A DNA stretch of 64,000 nt from Candidatus Eiseniibacteriota bacterium (GTDB taxonomy: Bacteria > Eisenbacteria > RBG-16-71-46 > SZUA-252): NCBI GenBank assembly GCA_043779525.1, contig JAYWED010000030.1:3431-67430 (forward strand), in the 5' to 3' direction. This document shows, in pieces, positions 50,493 through 59,606 of this stretch. How positions within the stretch are numbered: position 1 is the stretch's first letter; each line of letters begins with the position of its first letter. The notes under the pieces were generated by a model that saw only the letters and a program-made list of their open reading frames with translations, did no database searches and was not told where the DNA came from. The position numbers and the translations under genes are program-made.

Positions 50493-51984
50493 GGGCGAGG
50501 GAGCGACCACGGCCGCAGGCGCGGCCGAGAGCGCGCTCCTGGGTCGCCTCCGCGCGCTCGAGCCCCTCACGCGTGCGCTCACTCCCTCCGCGGCCGAGCG
50601 GGCGAGACTGACGAGCGCCGTCCTTTCCCACGCGGAGTCGATTCTCGAGTGGCTCGACAAGGCGCCGGGGTTCTCCCCCGATCTGGGATCGGATTCCGCG
50701 ATCGCCGCCGCTCCGATCGGGCGCAACCCGATCGGAATGGAGCGCGCCCTCGCGCTGCTCTCGGAGCACGTGCACCGGAACGGACATAACACGACTTCAT
50801 CGGGATTCTTTGCGTACATCCCGGTGGGGAACAGCTATCACGCTGTGCTGGGCGAATATCTCGCCGCCGTGTCCAACCGCTTCTCGGGCAATTTCCTCGC
50901 GGGTCCCGGAGCGGTGCGCATCGAGAATCAGGTTTGGCGATGGCTTGCGTCCGTGGTCGGGTATCCCGCGACCGCGGCGGGGAATTTCACATCGGGCGGC
51001 AGCATGGCCAACCTCAGCGCGATCGTGGTGGCGCGGGAGGCCGCCGGGCTCAAGGCGCGCGACTTCGAGCGGACGGTCGTCTATCTGACCGAGCAAGCCC
51101 ACCACTGCACGACCAAGGGGTTGCGCGTCGCCGGCCTGGGCGAGTGCATCGTCCGTACAATTCCGATCGACGATCGGTTCCGCATGATTCCCTCCCGATT
51201 GGACGCCGCGATGTCCGAGGATTCCCGCGCCGGCCGGAAGCCCTGGCTCGTCGTCGGGACGGCGGGGACGACGGACACGGGAGCCGTCGATCCGCTGGGC
51301 GAGATCGCGGACGTTGCCGAGCGTCACGGCGCGTGGTTCCACTGCGACGCGGCATATGGCGGGCCGTTCGCCCTCTGCGCCGAGGGGAAGAGAATCCTTG
51401 GCGGCATCGAGCGCTCCGATTCGGTCGCCCTCGATCCCCACAAGGGTCTGTTCGTTCCGTTCGGCATGGGCGTGGTGCTGGTGAGAGACGCGGACGCGAT
51501 GCGGAGCGCGTACTCCTTCACCGCGAGGTACATTGCGCGCGGGGGAGATACCCTCGAGGAGCCGTCGCCGATGGATCTCTCGCCCGAGCTGTCCCGTCCG
51601 TTCCGGGCTCTGCGATTGTGGCTGCCTCTTCAGATCCTGGGCACGGCGCCCTACGAGGCGGCTCTGGAGGAGAAGCTCCTCCTCGCGCGGTATGCGCACG
51701 CGCGGCTTCGCGAGGTCGAAGGAGTCGAGGTGGGTCCGGAGCCGGACCTCTCGGTCGTCGTGTTCCGGGCGCTACCGCATCACGGGGATCCCGACGATTT
51801 CAACGTGCGGCTCGAGCGCGCGATCCAGGACGACGGGCGCGTGTCCCTGTCCTCCACCACGCTGGGCGGCGCGCGCTACCTGCGTCTGGCGGTCCTATCC
51901 CCGCGCACGCACCGGGACGACATCGACCTCGCGATCCAGGTGACCCGCGAGCGGATGGCGTTGCTCACCTCCACCGCTTCGTAA
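50470..51984 (+). CDS. group II PLP-dependent amino-acid decarboxylase
   Basis: ATG 50470 overlaps the zf-UBP gene by 23 nt. FTSGGSMANL, HCDAAYGG and the DPHKGLFVPFG PLP lysine. Confidence 0.8.
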   Translation: MTRSPSTRGEGATTAAGAAESALLGRLRALEPLTRALTPSAAERARLTSAVLSHAESILEWLDKAPGFSPDLGSDSAIAAAPIGRNPIGMERALALLSEHVHRNGHNTTSSGFFAYIPVGNSYHAVLGEYLAAVSNRFSGNFLAGPGAVRIENQVWRWLASVVGYPATAAGNFTSGGSMANLSAIVVAREAAGLKARDFERTVVYLTEQAHHCTTKGLRVAGLGECIVRTIPIDDRFRMIPSRLDAAMSEDSRAGRKPWLVVGTAGTTDTGAVDPLGEIADVAERHGAWFHCDAAYGGPFALCAEGKRILGGIERSDSVALDPHKGLFVPFGMGVVLVRDADAMRSAYSFTARYIARGGDTLEEPSPMDLSPELSRPFRALRLWLPLQILGTAPYEAALEEKLLLARYAHARLREVEGVEVGPEPDLSVVVFRALPHHGDPDDFNVRLERAIQDDGRVSLSSTTLGGARYLRLAVLSPRTHRDDIDLAIQVTRERMALLTSTAS

Positions 51985-52019
51985 AGTTACGCGGCGGCGC
52001 ATCCCAGGCGCGACGTAAA

Positions 52020-52052
52020 GGATCCGCTAACAATCCGCTAAGGATCCGCCGG
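52020..52052 (+). repeat. three tandem 11-bp repeats with core ATCCGC
   Basis: GGATCCGCTAA / CAATCCGCTAA / GGATCCGCCGG. The array ends 2 nt before GTG 52055. Confidence 0.7.
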
Positions 52053-52054
52053 CA

Positions 52055-52852
52055 GTGGCCGATATCAGCCATGTGCCTGGAATCCAAGCGTTCATCGAGA
52101 GTCTGGTCGGCGACGACATGCAGCGGAGCATCACCCGCGAGTACAAGCGCGCGCTCCAATCGGACCGGCATCGTTTCCCGACCACGGTGAGCCTCCCGGC
52201 CCGCTGCGGCGAGAACCTTCCCGAGCGCGTCGTGGAGCTCTTGCTCGCTCGCCTGTCCTACTGGCCCGGAGCCTCCGTCCTCGACGTCGGCCACGCGAAC
52301 AGCATGCTCTGTCACCGGGACATGATCCGATCGCTTCCGGCCCCCCGCGAAGTCACGGGGATCGACATGGCCGAACCGGTGTTCGACGTCTCGGAACTCT
52401 ACGCCGCATCCGTTCGCCGCGACGTCTGTGACACCGGAATCCCGGACGATACGTTCGACCTGGTCTGGTGTATCTCGTCGCTGGAGCACATCGGCATGGA
52501 CAACTCGGGATACGGGGAACCCCGCTCCGACGATGCCACGGCGGAACGGGCGCTGTCGGAGATGCTGCGGGTCACGCGTCCGGGCGGCTCCATGCTGGTG
52601 ACGGTCCCCTACGGCAAGGCCGAGAACCACGGCTGGTTCCGGAACTTCGATGAGGAAAGCCTCCAGGAGCTCCTGGAGACGGTGCGTCCGCACGCAACGG
52701 TGCATGAGCTGTACTTCGGGCACGCGCACGGCGGAGGATGGTCACGACTCCATCCGGAGGATCTTCGCGCGACGGGCTATCTGGACCAGAGCAACGCGGG
52801 CGCCGCGGGCCTGGCGGCCGTGATCATCGAAAAGGACTCCCGACTCCTCTAG
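52055..52852 (+). CDS. putative SAM-dependent methyltransferase (degenerate motif I; start uncertain)
   Basis: VLDVGHANS, DLVWCISSLEHIG and RPGGSMLVTVPYG resemble the class I methyltransferase fold. The alternative start is ATG 52118. Confidence 0.5.
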   Translation: MADISHVPGIQAFIESLVGDDMQRSITREYKRALQSDRHRFPTTVSLPARCGENLPERVVELLLARLSYWPGASVLDVGHANSMLCHRDMIRSLPAPREVTGIDMAEPVFDVSELYAASVRRDVCDTGIPDDTFDLVWCISSLEHIGMDNSGYGEPRSDDATAERALSEMLRVTRPGGSMLVTVPYGKAENHGWFRNFDEESLQELLETVRPHATVHELYFGHAHGGGWSRLHPEDLRATGYLDQSNAGAAGLAAVIIEKDSRLL

Positions 52853-53271
52853 CGGCCGCCCTCGGAGGCCTCGCGGGACAATGCTTCGATCGCCTTCCAC
52901 TGGGCGTCGGTGACCGGCATGACCGAGAGGCGTGAGATCCGGGTGAGCGCGAAGTCGGCGAAACGTCCGTCGGCCTTGATCTCCGCCAGCGTCACCGGCC
53001 GCTTGAGCGCCTTCACGGGCTCGACGTCCACCGCGTAGAGTTTCCCCGCCCGGTCCGCCGGATCCGGGTAGGCGTCGCCGGACGCCTTCATGACGCCCAC
53101 CACCGACTTCTCGTCTCCCGTGTGGTAATAGAAGACGAGGTCGCCCTTTCGAACCGAGCGCAGGTGCTTCTGGGCGAGCGGGTTCTTCACGCCCGACCAC
53201 GAGGTTTTCTTGTCCTTCATGAGGCTCTCGAAGCTGTAGTGCGTCGGCTCTTCCTTGAACAGCCAGTTCAT
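52849..53271 (-). CDS. EVE (PUA-like) domain protein
   Basis: 140 aa from ATG 53271. MNWLFKEEP, WSGVKNPLAQKHLRSVRKGDLVFYYHTG and VVGVMKA are typical EVE. Confidence 0.8.
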   Translation of the reverse strand: MNWLFKEEPTHYSFESLMKDKKTSWSGVKNPLAQKHLRSVRKGDLVFYYHTGDEKSVVGVMKASGDAYPDPADRAGKLYAVDVEPVKALKRPVTLAEIKADGRFADFALTRISRLSVMPVTDAQWKAIEALSREASEGGR

Positions 53272-53795
53272 CAGGCAAACCGCGGGTCGTCGGCGGTCGG
53301 TCCGTAGACCGAAGGCACCGGAACGTTGTTGAGACGTAGGTAGACGGTCAGCTGGCCGCGATGATGCGAGAGGTGCATCAGGGTGTCGCGAAGCACGATG
53401 TGTCTCGGGTCCTCGCTCATCACCGTTCCTCCGGCGAGAAGCTTCCAGGGCTTCATCAACTGCTCGTCGGTGGCGCCACGCAGGATTTCGCGCGCCTCTT
53501 TCATTGCCTTGTCGTGCGCCTCCACCAATTCGGCGGGCGTGCGCGGCGGCCTCTGACCCGCGTTCGAACCTCCCGGCGGGCTCACGTCCAACTCGTCCTT
53601 GTTGACGATAAACGCGATCCAGGACGGCATGGTGGCGACGAGCATTGCCAACCGCCCGAGGGCCATGGACTTCTCGTGAGGCTTCCAATCATCGCGTCCC
53701 TCCGGCACGCCTTCCAGCACGCGGCGCGTGCGCGGCGCTTCGCTCTCCAGTTGGTCGAGGATCCGGTCCGCCAGCTTTACTTCGGTCGTTTTCAT
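53271..53795 (-). CDS. DinB-family protein
   Basis: 174 aa. The four-helix DinB pattern includes LMHLSHHRGQLTVYLR. The stop overlaps the EVE start by 1 nt. Confidence 0.75.
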   Translation of the reverse strand: MKTTEVKLADRILDQLESEAPRTRRVLEGVPEGRDDWKPHEKSMALGRLAMLVATMPSWIAFIVNKDELDVSPPGGSNAGQRPPRTPAELVEAHDKAMKEAREILRGATDEQLMKPWKLLAGGTVMSEDPRHIVLRDTLMHLSHHRGQLTVYLRLNNVPVPSVYGPTADDPRFA

Positions 53796-53890
53796 GGAAC
53801 TCCTCCAGTGTCGAGTGTCCTTTCCCCGCGAAAAGTCTACTCCCCCGAGCCGGTTACCTGCACGCCCTCCGTTTGGGATAGACTGCGTCC

Positions 53891-56302
53891 ATGAACCTCG
53901 CGCCGGGCACCCGAATCGGGAATTACGAGATTGTCACTCCCCAGGGCGCCGGAGGCATGGGCGAAGTCTACCGCGCGCGTGACACCCGGCTCGACCGGAC
54001 GGTGGCCATCAAGTCGCTTCCCCGGGTGGTCGCCACCGATCCGGGACGTCTCGCGCGCTTCGAGCGCGAGGCGAAGCTGCTCGCCTCCCTCAACCACCCG
54101 AACATCGCCGCCATCTACGGGCTCGAGGACGTGGACGGCTCGCCGTACCTCGTGCTCGAGTTCGTGGAGGGGGAGACTCTGGCGCAGCGCCTCTCGCGGG
54201 GACCGCTTGCGATCCGCGAGACGCTCGAGGTCGCCGTGCAAGTCGCGTCGGCCATCGAGGCCGCCCATGCGCGGGGAATCGTCCATCGCGACTTGAAGCC
54301 CGGCAACGTCATGCTGAATTCGTCAGGGACCGTGAAGGTCCTGGACTTCGGCCTCGCGAAGGGCGGGGTCGCGGAGGACGGCGCGACGGGGGACGGAGAC
54401 ATCCCCGATCTCTCCTCTTCGCCCACGATGGCCATCTCGGCAACCGGCCAGGGAATCATCCTCGGGACCGCGCCCTACATGAGTCCGGAGCAAGCGCGAG
54501 GCAAGGCCGTGGACCGGCGCACCGACGTCTGGGCGTTCGGGTGCCTCCTGTTCGAATGCATCACCGGTCGCCAGACCTTCGAAGGAGAGACGGTCTCCGA
54601 CGTGGTCGCGCGCATTCTCGAGCGCGAGCCGGACTGGAGCGCCATTCCCACCTCGGTCCCGACGCGTCTGCGAGAGTTGATGCAGCGTTGCCTCATCAAG
54701 GACCTCGCGGAGCGGCCCCGGGACATCGGCGACTTGCGTCGCGAGCTGAGCCAGATCGCGCTCCAGATGTCTCCCGCGGCGAGCGGACGTTCGGCCGTGG
54801 CCTCTGCGGCCTCCGACCTGCCGTCGCTCGCGGTGCTCTACTTCGAGAATCTGTCGAGCGACTCCGAGAGCGAGTACTTCTGCGCCGGAATCACCGAAGA
54901 CATCCTTACCGACCTCTCGAAGATCAAGGGTCTGCGTGTGGCCTCGCGGAACGCGGTAGCGCGCTACCGGGGCGCTCCCGCGGACCTGCCCAAGGTGGCC
55001 GCGGATCTGGGCGTGAAGGCGGTGCTGGAGGGCAGCGTCCGGCGCTCCCGCGACCGCGTGCGCATCACGGCCCAGCTCATCAACGCTTCGGACGGCTTCC
55101 ATCTATGGGCCGAGCGCTACGATCGGACGCTCGAGGACGTCTTCGCGGTCCAGGAGGAGATCGCCAAGTCCATCGCCGAGGCCCTGCGCGTCGCGCTGAC
55201 ACCCTTGGAGTCCAGAAGCCTCGTGCAGAACCGGCCCGACGACGTTCGCGCGTACGATCTCTACCTGCGTGGCCGCCAGAGGTACTCCAGCTACACGGCC
55301 GAATCTCTCCGGGAGGCGCTCGATCTGTTCCAGCAAGCCATCGCGATCGATTCCGAGTACGCGCTGGCCTGGGCGGGCGTTGCCGACTGCTATGGGCAGA
55401 TGTTGCAGTACGAGTCCGCGAAGGACACGCAGGAAGCCGCCCGGCTGGGGATCCAGGCCGCGCGGCGCGCCATCGCGCTCAACCCCCGGCTCGCCGAGGC
55501 CCACAAGGCGGAGGCGCTGGTCCTGAGATTCACCGGGGACGCCGAAGGGGAGAAGAAGGCTCTCTCTCGGGCGATTGAGGTGAATCCCCGTTTCACGCCC
55601 GCGATCACCAACCTCGCGGTCGACGCTTTTAGCAACGCCGACGTGGCCGGTTCGGAGCGTCTTTTCCGGCGGTGCATCGAGATCGATCCGCAGGATCCCT
55701 TTGCGATGACGTGGCTGGGGTTCGTCCAGAGGCTCACGAGCCGGGAGGACCTGGCGATCGTCACGACGCATCGCCTGAGGCAGCTTTCGTCCGACCTCCG
55801 CTACATCACCGGGGCCCATGTCATGCGCGCCTGGATTCACGTAGGCCGTGGCGATCTCCGGGCGGCCGAGGAAGCGCTCCGGGAAGGCATTGCTGATGGC
55901 GCGGACCCGGCCGGCATGCGCGGCATCGAGGCCGCGATCGCGGTGCGCACCGGCCGCGAGGAGGAGGCAAGGCGCATGGCGCACGAGGCGGAAAGCGCCC
56001 CCTTCCTCGGCCCCGGCAGCCTGGCGATGTTCGCCTCGGTCTGCGCGCGCCTCGGAGAGTTCGACCGCGCCGCTCGCTTCCTGGGCCGTAAGGTCACGCT
56101 CGAAGTCAGGCCGCTCCTGGCGCGGCTGGATCCCGAGCTGCATCTGCTCCTCGACCGCGAACCGTTTGCGCCGCGCCGGGCGGCGGCTACGCTTGTATGG
56201 CCGCTCGAGGCTCCGATGATCGATGCTTCCCGCCACGCGCTCTTCCGCGAGGTGCGCATCGAGTCCGGGCTTCCGCAGGGGAGCGGCGTTTCCCTGAAGT
56301 AG
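53891..56302 (+). CDS. Ser/Thr protein kinase with central regulatory domain and C-terminal TPR-like repeats
   Basis: GAGGMGEVYRARD, VAIK, HRDLKPGNVM, DFGLA and APYMSPEQ. The middle region LAVLYFENLS...GSVRRS...ITAQLINA is followed by TPR-like helices. Confidence 0.88.
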   Translation: MNLAPGTRIGNYEIVTPQGAGGMGEVYRARDTRLDRTVAIKSLPRVVATDPGRLARFEREAKLLASLNHPNIAAIYGLEDVDGSPYLVLEFVEGETLAQRLSRGPLAIRETLEVAVQVASAIEAAHARGIVHRDLKPGNVMLNSSGTVKVLDFGLAKGGVAEDGATGDGDIPDLSSSPTMAISATGQGIILGTAPYMSPEQARGKAVDRRTDVWAFGCLLFECITGRQTFEGETVSDVVARILEREPDWSAIPTSVPTRLRELMQRCLIKDLAERPRDIGDLRRELSQIALQMSPAASGRSAVASAASDLPSLAVLYFENLSSDSESEYFCAGITEDILTDLSKIKGLRVASRNAVARYRGAPADLPKVAADLGVKAVLEGSVRRSRDRVRITAQLINASDGFHLWAERYDRTLEDVFAVQEEIAKSIAEALRVALTPLESRSLVQNRPDDVRAYDLYLRGRQRYSSYTAESLREALDLFQQAIAIDSEYALAWAGVADCYGQMLQYESAKDTQEAARLGIQAARRAIALNPRLAEAHKAEALVLRFTGDAEGEKKALSRAIEVNPRFTPAITNLAVDAFSNADVAGSERLFRRCIEIDPQDPFAMTWLGFVQRLTSREDLAIVTTHRLRQLSSDLRYITGAHVMRAWIHVGRGDLRAAEEALREGIADGADPAGMRGIEAAIAVRTGREEEARRMAHEAESAPFLGPGSLAMFASVCARLGEFDRAARFLGRKVTLEVRPLLARLDPELHLLLDREPFAPRRAAATLVWPLEAPMIDASRHALFREVRIESGLPQGSGVSLK

Positions 56303-56332
56303 GCACCGACAATCGGATCGCGGAGGCCCACC

Positions 56333-56463
56333 ATGAAAGGAATCAGCCCATTCCTGTGGTTCGACGACAAGCCAGGAGTTCCTCGCGCTGAACGGTCATG
56401 ATGGCCATGCTTCAGATGAACAAGCTCGACATCGCGGCTCTGAAGCGCGCGCACGAGCAATGA
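56333..56463 (+). pseudogene. collapsed remnant of a PhnB-like VOC gene (3-demethylubiquinone-9 3-methyltransferase domain family)
   Basis: Three family-typical pieces lie in three frames within 131 nt: MKGISPFLWFDDK (from ATG 56333, behind GCGGAGG), QEFLALNG (56373-56396) and VMMAMLQMNKLDIAALKRAHEQ-stop (56395-56463). Confidence 0.6.
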
Positions 56464-56516
56464 TGTGGCTCCCGACGTCAGAAGGATCGCACGTGAGAGA
56501 TACAAGGAGGAGTGTA

Positions 56517-57371
56517 ATGAGTAGAATCACCGTCGGTCAGGAAAACTCCACGCCCATCGAGCTCTACTATGAGGATCACGGGACCGGCACGCCCGTCGTG
56601 CTGATTCATGGATGGCCGCTGAGCGGCGCGTCGTGGGAGAAGCAGACCTCCGCCCTGCTGGCTGCGGGACATCGGGTCATCACATACGATCGGAGAGGGT
56701 TCGGGCACTCCGGCAAGCCCACCTCGGGCTACGACTACGACACGCTTGCCGAAGACCTTCACCAGCTTCTTACGAAGCTGGATCTTCGCGATTCCGCCTT
56801 GGTGGGCTTCTCGATGGGTGGCGGGGAAGTTGCGCGCTACCTGGGCAAGTACGGGTCCGATCGCGTGAGCAAAGCTGTTTTTATCTCCGCGATTCCGCCG
56901 TTCCTGTTGAAAACCGTCGACAACCCGGGGGGCGTGGACGCGGCGGTCTTCGAGGGAATCAAGAAGGCGATCGTGGCGGACCGGCCAGCGTTTCTCTCCG
57001 GTTTCCTCGCGAATTTCTACAATGTCGACACGCTTGGCGGCAAGATTGTGAGCGACCAGGTCGTGCAGTACAGTTGGAACGTCGCGGTCGGCGCATCGCC
57101 CAAGGGCACGCTTGACTGCGTATCGGCGTGGCTGACCGATTTCCGCAAGGACCTGACGCGCATCGACGTGCCGACATTGGTCATACACGGCGATACCGAC
57201 CGGATTCTTCCCATCGCCGCGACCGGGACACCGCTCTCCAAGGCCATCAAGGGAGCCCGACTGCTGGTGGTCGAGGGCGGACCGCACGGGATCCTCTGGA
57301 CCCACGCGGACAAAGTGAACCCGGAGCTCGTAAACTTCCTCAGGCAGCAATCCAAGGTGCGCGCCGCCTGA
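56517..57371 (+). CDS. alpha/beta hydrolase, non-haem haloperoxidase/arylesterase type
   Basis: ATG 56517 lies behind AAGGAGG. VVLIHGWPLSG, the GFSMGGG elbow and IHGDTDRILP. Confidence 0.85.
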   Translation: MSRITVGQENSTPIELYYEDHGTGTPVVLIHGWPLSGASWEKQTSALLAAGHRVITYDRRGFGHSGKPTSGYDYDTLAEDLHQLLTKLDLRDSALVGFSMGGGEVARYLGKYGSDRVSKAVFISAIPPFLLKTVDNPGGVDAAVFEGIKKAIVADRPAFLSGFLANFYNVDTLGGKIVSDQVVQYSWNVAVGASPKGTLDCVSAWLTDFRKDLTRIDVPTLVIHGDTDRILPIAATGTPLSKAIKGARLLVVEGGPHGILWTHADKVNPELVNFLRQQSKVRAA

Positions 57372-57446
57372 TTCATTCCGAAGACCAAGAGACGCCGCGG
57401 CGGCAACTAGACATGCCCGCGACACCATCACACCGCGGTTAACATG

Positions 57447-57483
57447 AGGCGGGCGCAGCGATCAGGCGCCCGCCTTCGATTTA
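57447..57483 (+). terminator. Rho-independent terminator (weak U tract)
   Basis: AGGCGGGCGC (57447-56) / GCGCCCGCCT (57466-75) form a 10-bp stem with a 9-nt loop, followed by TCGATTTA. Confidence 0.5.
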
Positions 57484-57859
57484 CCTTGACGGCGCCGACC
57501 GCGCGAGATAGGTTCGTTCTTGCAGCAAGAAGCAAGACGCGCCCAGCACCGGGTTATCGCCTCGACCCGCTGGAACGCGCCTCCAGGCCACCTCGAAGTT
57601 TGCCCATGAAGTGGTCGAACCCCGCGTCGGCGGAGAATCCGCGCGCGGGTCCGAACGGTGGAGCGCCTACGATTCGGGGACCAAGTGTCCCGAGCCGTCC
57701 GCAGTCGAATCGGTTCCCACCGCATCCCCACTCAAACTGGTCCGAGCGCCTCCGGGGAATCACCCCGTCAGAGGCCATTCGCACGGTTTTCACGATGGGC
57801 TACTGCCCGTCGCGATCAATCGCGCGCGCGGTGGCGATGGACTGGGAAGGATCAGCAAC

Positions 57860-58264
57860 ATGACTTACAAGATGAGCGAGTTCTCGGGTATCGGTCAGGA
57901 TCACGTCTCGAAGCTCCTCGATGCCGGCATCGAGAACACCGACGACATGCTTCGTATTTGGGCCGATCAGCCCAATCGCGAATCGCTGGCGACGAAAACC
58001 GGCATCGACATCAAGCAGTTCGCGGGATTCGCGTCGATGGCTCGCCTGGCGCGCGTGAAGAACGTCGGACCGAAGTACGTCGACGTGCTCATGGCCGCGG
58101 GTATCGATGGGCCGAAGAGCCTCTTCGAGTACACGGCCGAGTCCCTCATGAAGCGCCTGGGCGAAGTGACGGCCGAGAAGAAGCTGACGAGCCCGATGCC
58201 AACGCTTGCGGAAATCGGCACATGGTTCGTGGACGCGAAGCCCGTGGTCGCCGCCGCGGTCTAG
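57860..58264 (+). CDS. DUF4332 (helix-hairpin-helix) protein
   Basis: From ATG 57860. GIGQDHVSKLLDAGIENTDDML and VKNVGPKYVDVLMAAGIDGPKSL are repeated HhH-like units. Confidence 0.65.
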   Translation: MTYKMSEFSGIGQDHVSKLLDAGIENTDDMLRIWADQPNRESLATKTGIDIKQFAGFASMARLARVKNVGPKYVDVLMAAGIDGPKSLFEYTAESLMKRLGEVTAEKKLTSPMPTLAEIGTWFVDAKPVVAAAV

Positions 58265-58334
58265 CGAACGCAGGACAGTGAAGGGGGGCGGGACCCTCCG
58301 ACATCTCGGCATACTGAACGCCTCCCGTTCCGAG

Positions 58335-58373
58335 CCGGTCACGATCGCAAGGTCGTGGCCGGTTTCGTTTCTT
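58335..58373 (+). terminator. Rho-independent terminator
   Basis: CCGGTCACGA (58335-44) / TCGTGGCCGG (58353-62) form a stem with one G-U pair, followed by TTTCGTTTCTT. Confidence 0.6.
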
Positions 58374-58510
58374 CAACACCGCCGACGACTTCGAAAGCAC
58401 TGCGTTGATCCGGATTCCAATCCCCCCGAGGTCGCGATTTGTGGCATGATTTTGCGGACGCTCCTGCTGCGCCCTGCAAAGACAATCAGGCGAAAAGGAG
58501 AACGACTCCA

Positions 58511-59101
58511 ATGCCCAAGACACGTGACGCCGATGAGATCATGCAGCGAGCAACTCCACTGCAGAACCAGCGCGCCCCGGAGATCCAGCCGTACGGACAC
58601 TTGGTGAAGATGCCGATAGCCCTGGAAGAATCAGCGTGCGAGGAAAGCGTCGAAAACCTGAACCAGATCCTCGTCGACACGATGACGCTGCGGGACCTCT
58701 ACAAGAAGCACCACTGGCAGGTGGCCGGGCCGACGTTCTATTCCCTTCACCTGCTCTTTGACAAGCACTTCGAGGAGCAGGGGGCGCTCGTGGACGCCAT
58801 CGCGGAGCGGATTCAGACACTGGGCGGAGTGAGCCTCGCCATGGCTCACGACGTAGCCGAAGCCACCCTGATCCCTCGCCCGCCCAAGGGCCGCGAGGCC
58901 GCGCCGGCGCAGATATCCCGGCTTCTTCACGCGCATCAGATCGTCCTCAAGGAGGCTCGTGCGATGGCGCGGCTGGCCGATGATCGCGGCGACGATGGCA
59001 CGAACGATCTCCTCGTGAGCTCCGTCATTCGCACGAACGAAGCCCAGGTGTGGTTCGTCGCGGAGCACGTCGTCGACGTTCCCTTGGTTCGCGCGAAGTA
59101 A
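58511..59101 (+). CDS. dps: Dps-family DNA-binding ferritin-like protein
   Basis: ATG 58511 lies behind AAAGGAGA. Ferroxidase-site pattern HWQVAGPTFYSLHLLFDKHFEEQ. Confidence 0.88.
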   Translation: MPKTRDADEIMQRATPLQNQRAPEIQPYGHLVKMPIALEESACEESVENLNQILVDTMTLRDLYKKHHWQVAGPTFYSLHLLFDKHFEEQGALVDAIAERIQTLGGVSLAMAHDVAEATLIPRPPKGREAAPAQISRLLHAHQIVLKEARAMARLADDRGDDGTNDLLVSSVIRTNEAQVWFVAEHVVDVPLVRAK

Positions 59102-59606
59102 CCTCGACGGAAGGTACGCCCAAGTCTGAAGCGCGACGCCCGCGCGCGGAGCGCCAGCGACGCATCCGGCCCCCAGGGGCCGCGCGGCCGCGAAGGTCCC
59201 GCCGGGGATGAGCGCGATCGGTGCCGACACGCTCGTCAAGTTTTACGCCAAGGACCGCGCCGACACGAAAAAGCGGCTGAAGAGCGCTCCGACTTCCTAC
59301 CTGGCGACGATCTTGCGGCGCGATTCTGAATCTCTTTCCTGTTGTGTTGCTGCTTTCATTCCCGCTCGACCAATACCCGCCTCACATATGAAACGACTCT
59401 AGCTCTCCACGCCACAACGCACTACCACAGGAGCAAAGGCTGTTTCCGATTAATGGCATCGTTCCGGCCCTACCGCGTGGACTTACGGAATTTGTCGGGA
59501 TGGGCGTTACCGTCCCCCCGAAGTAGAGCAAGTACGGTTAGACTCTGCTGGTTCGGAGGTCTTCCACTGGAAGCTCTAGCCGAGCGGCAATCAGGAGGGG
59601 TTCATA

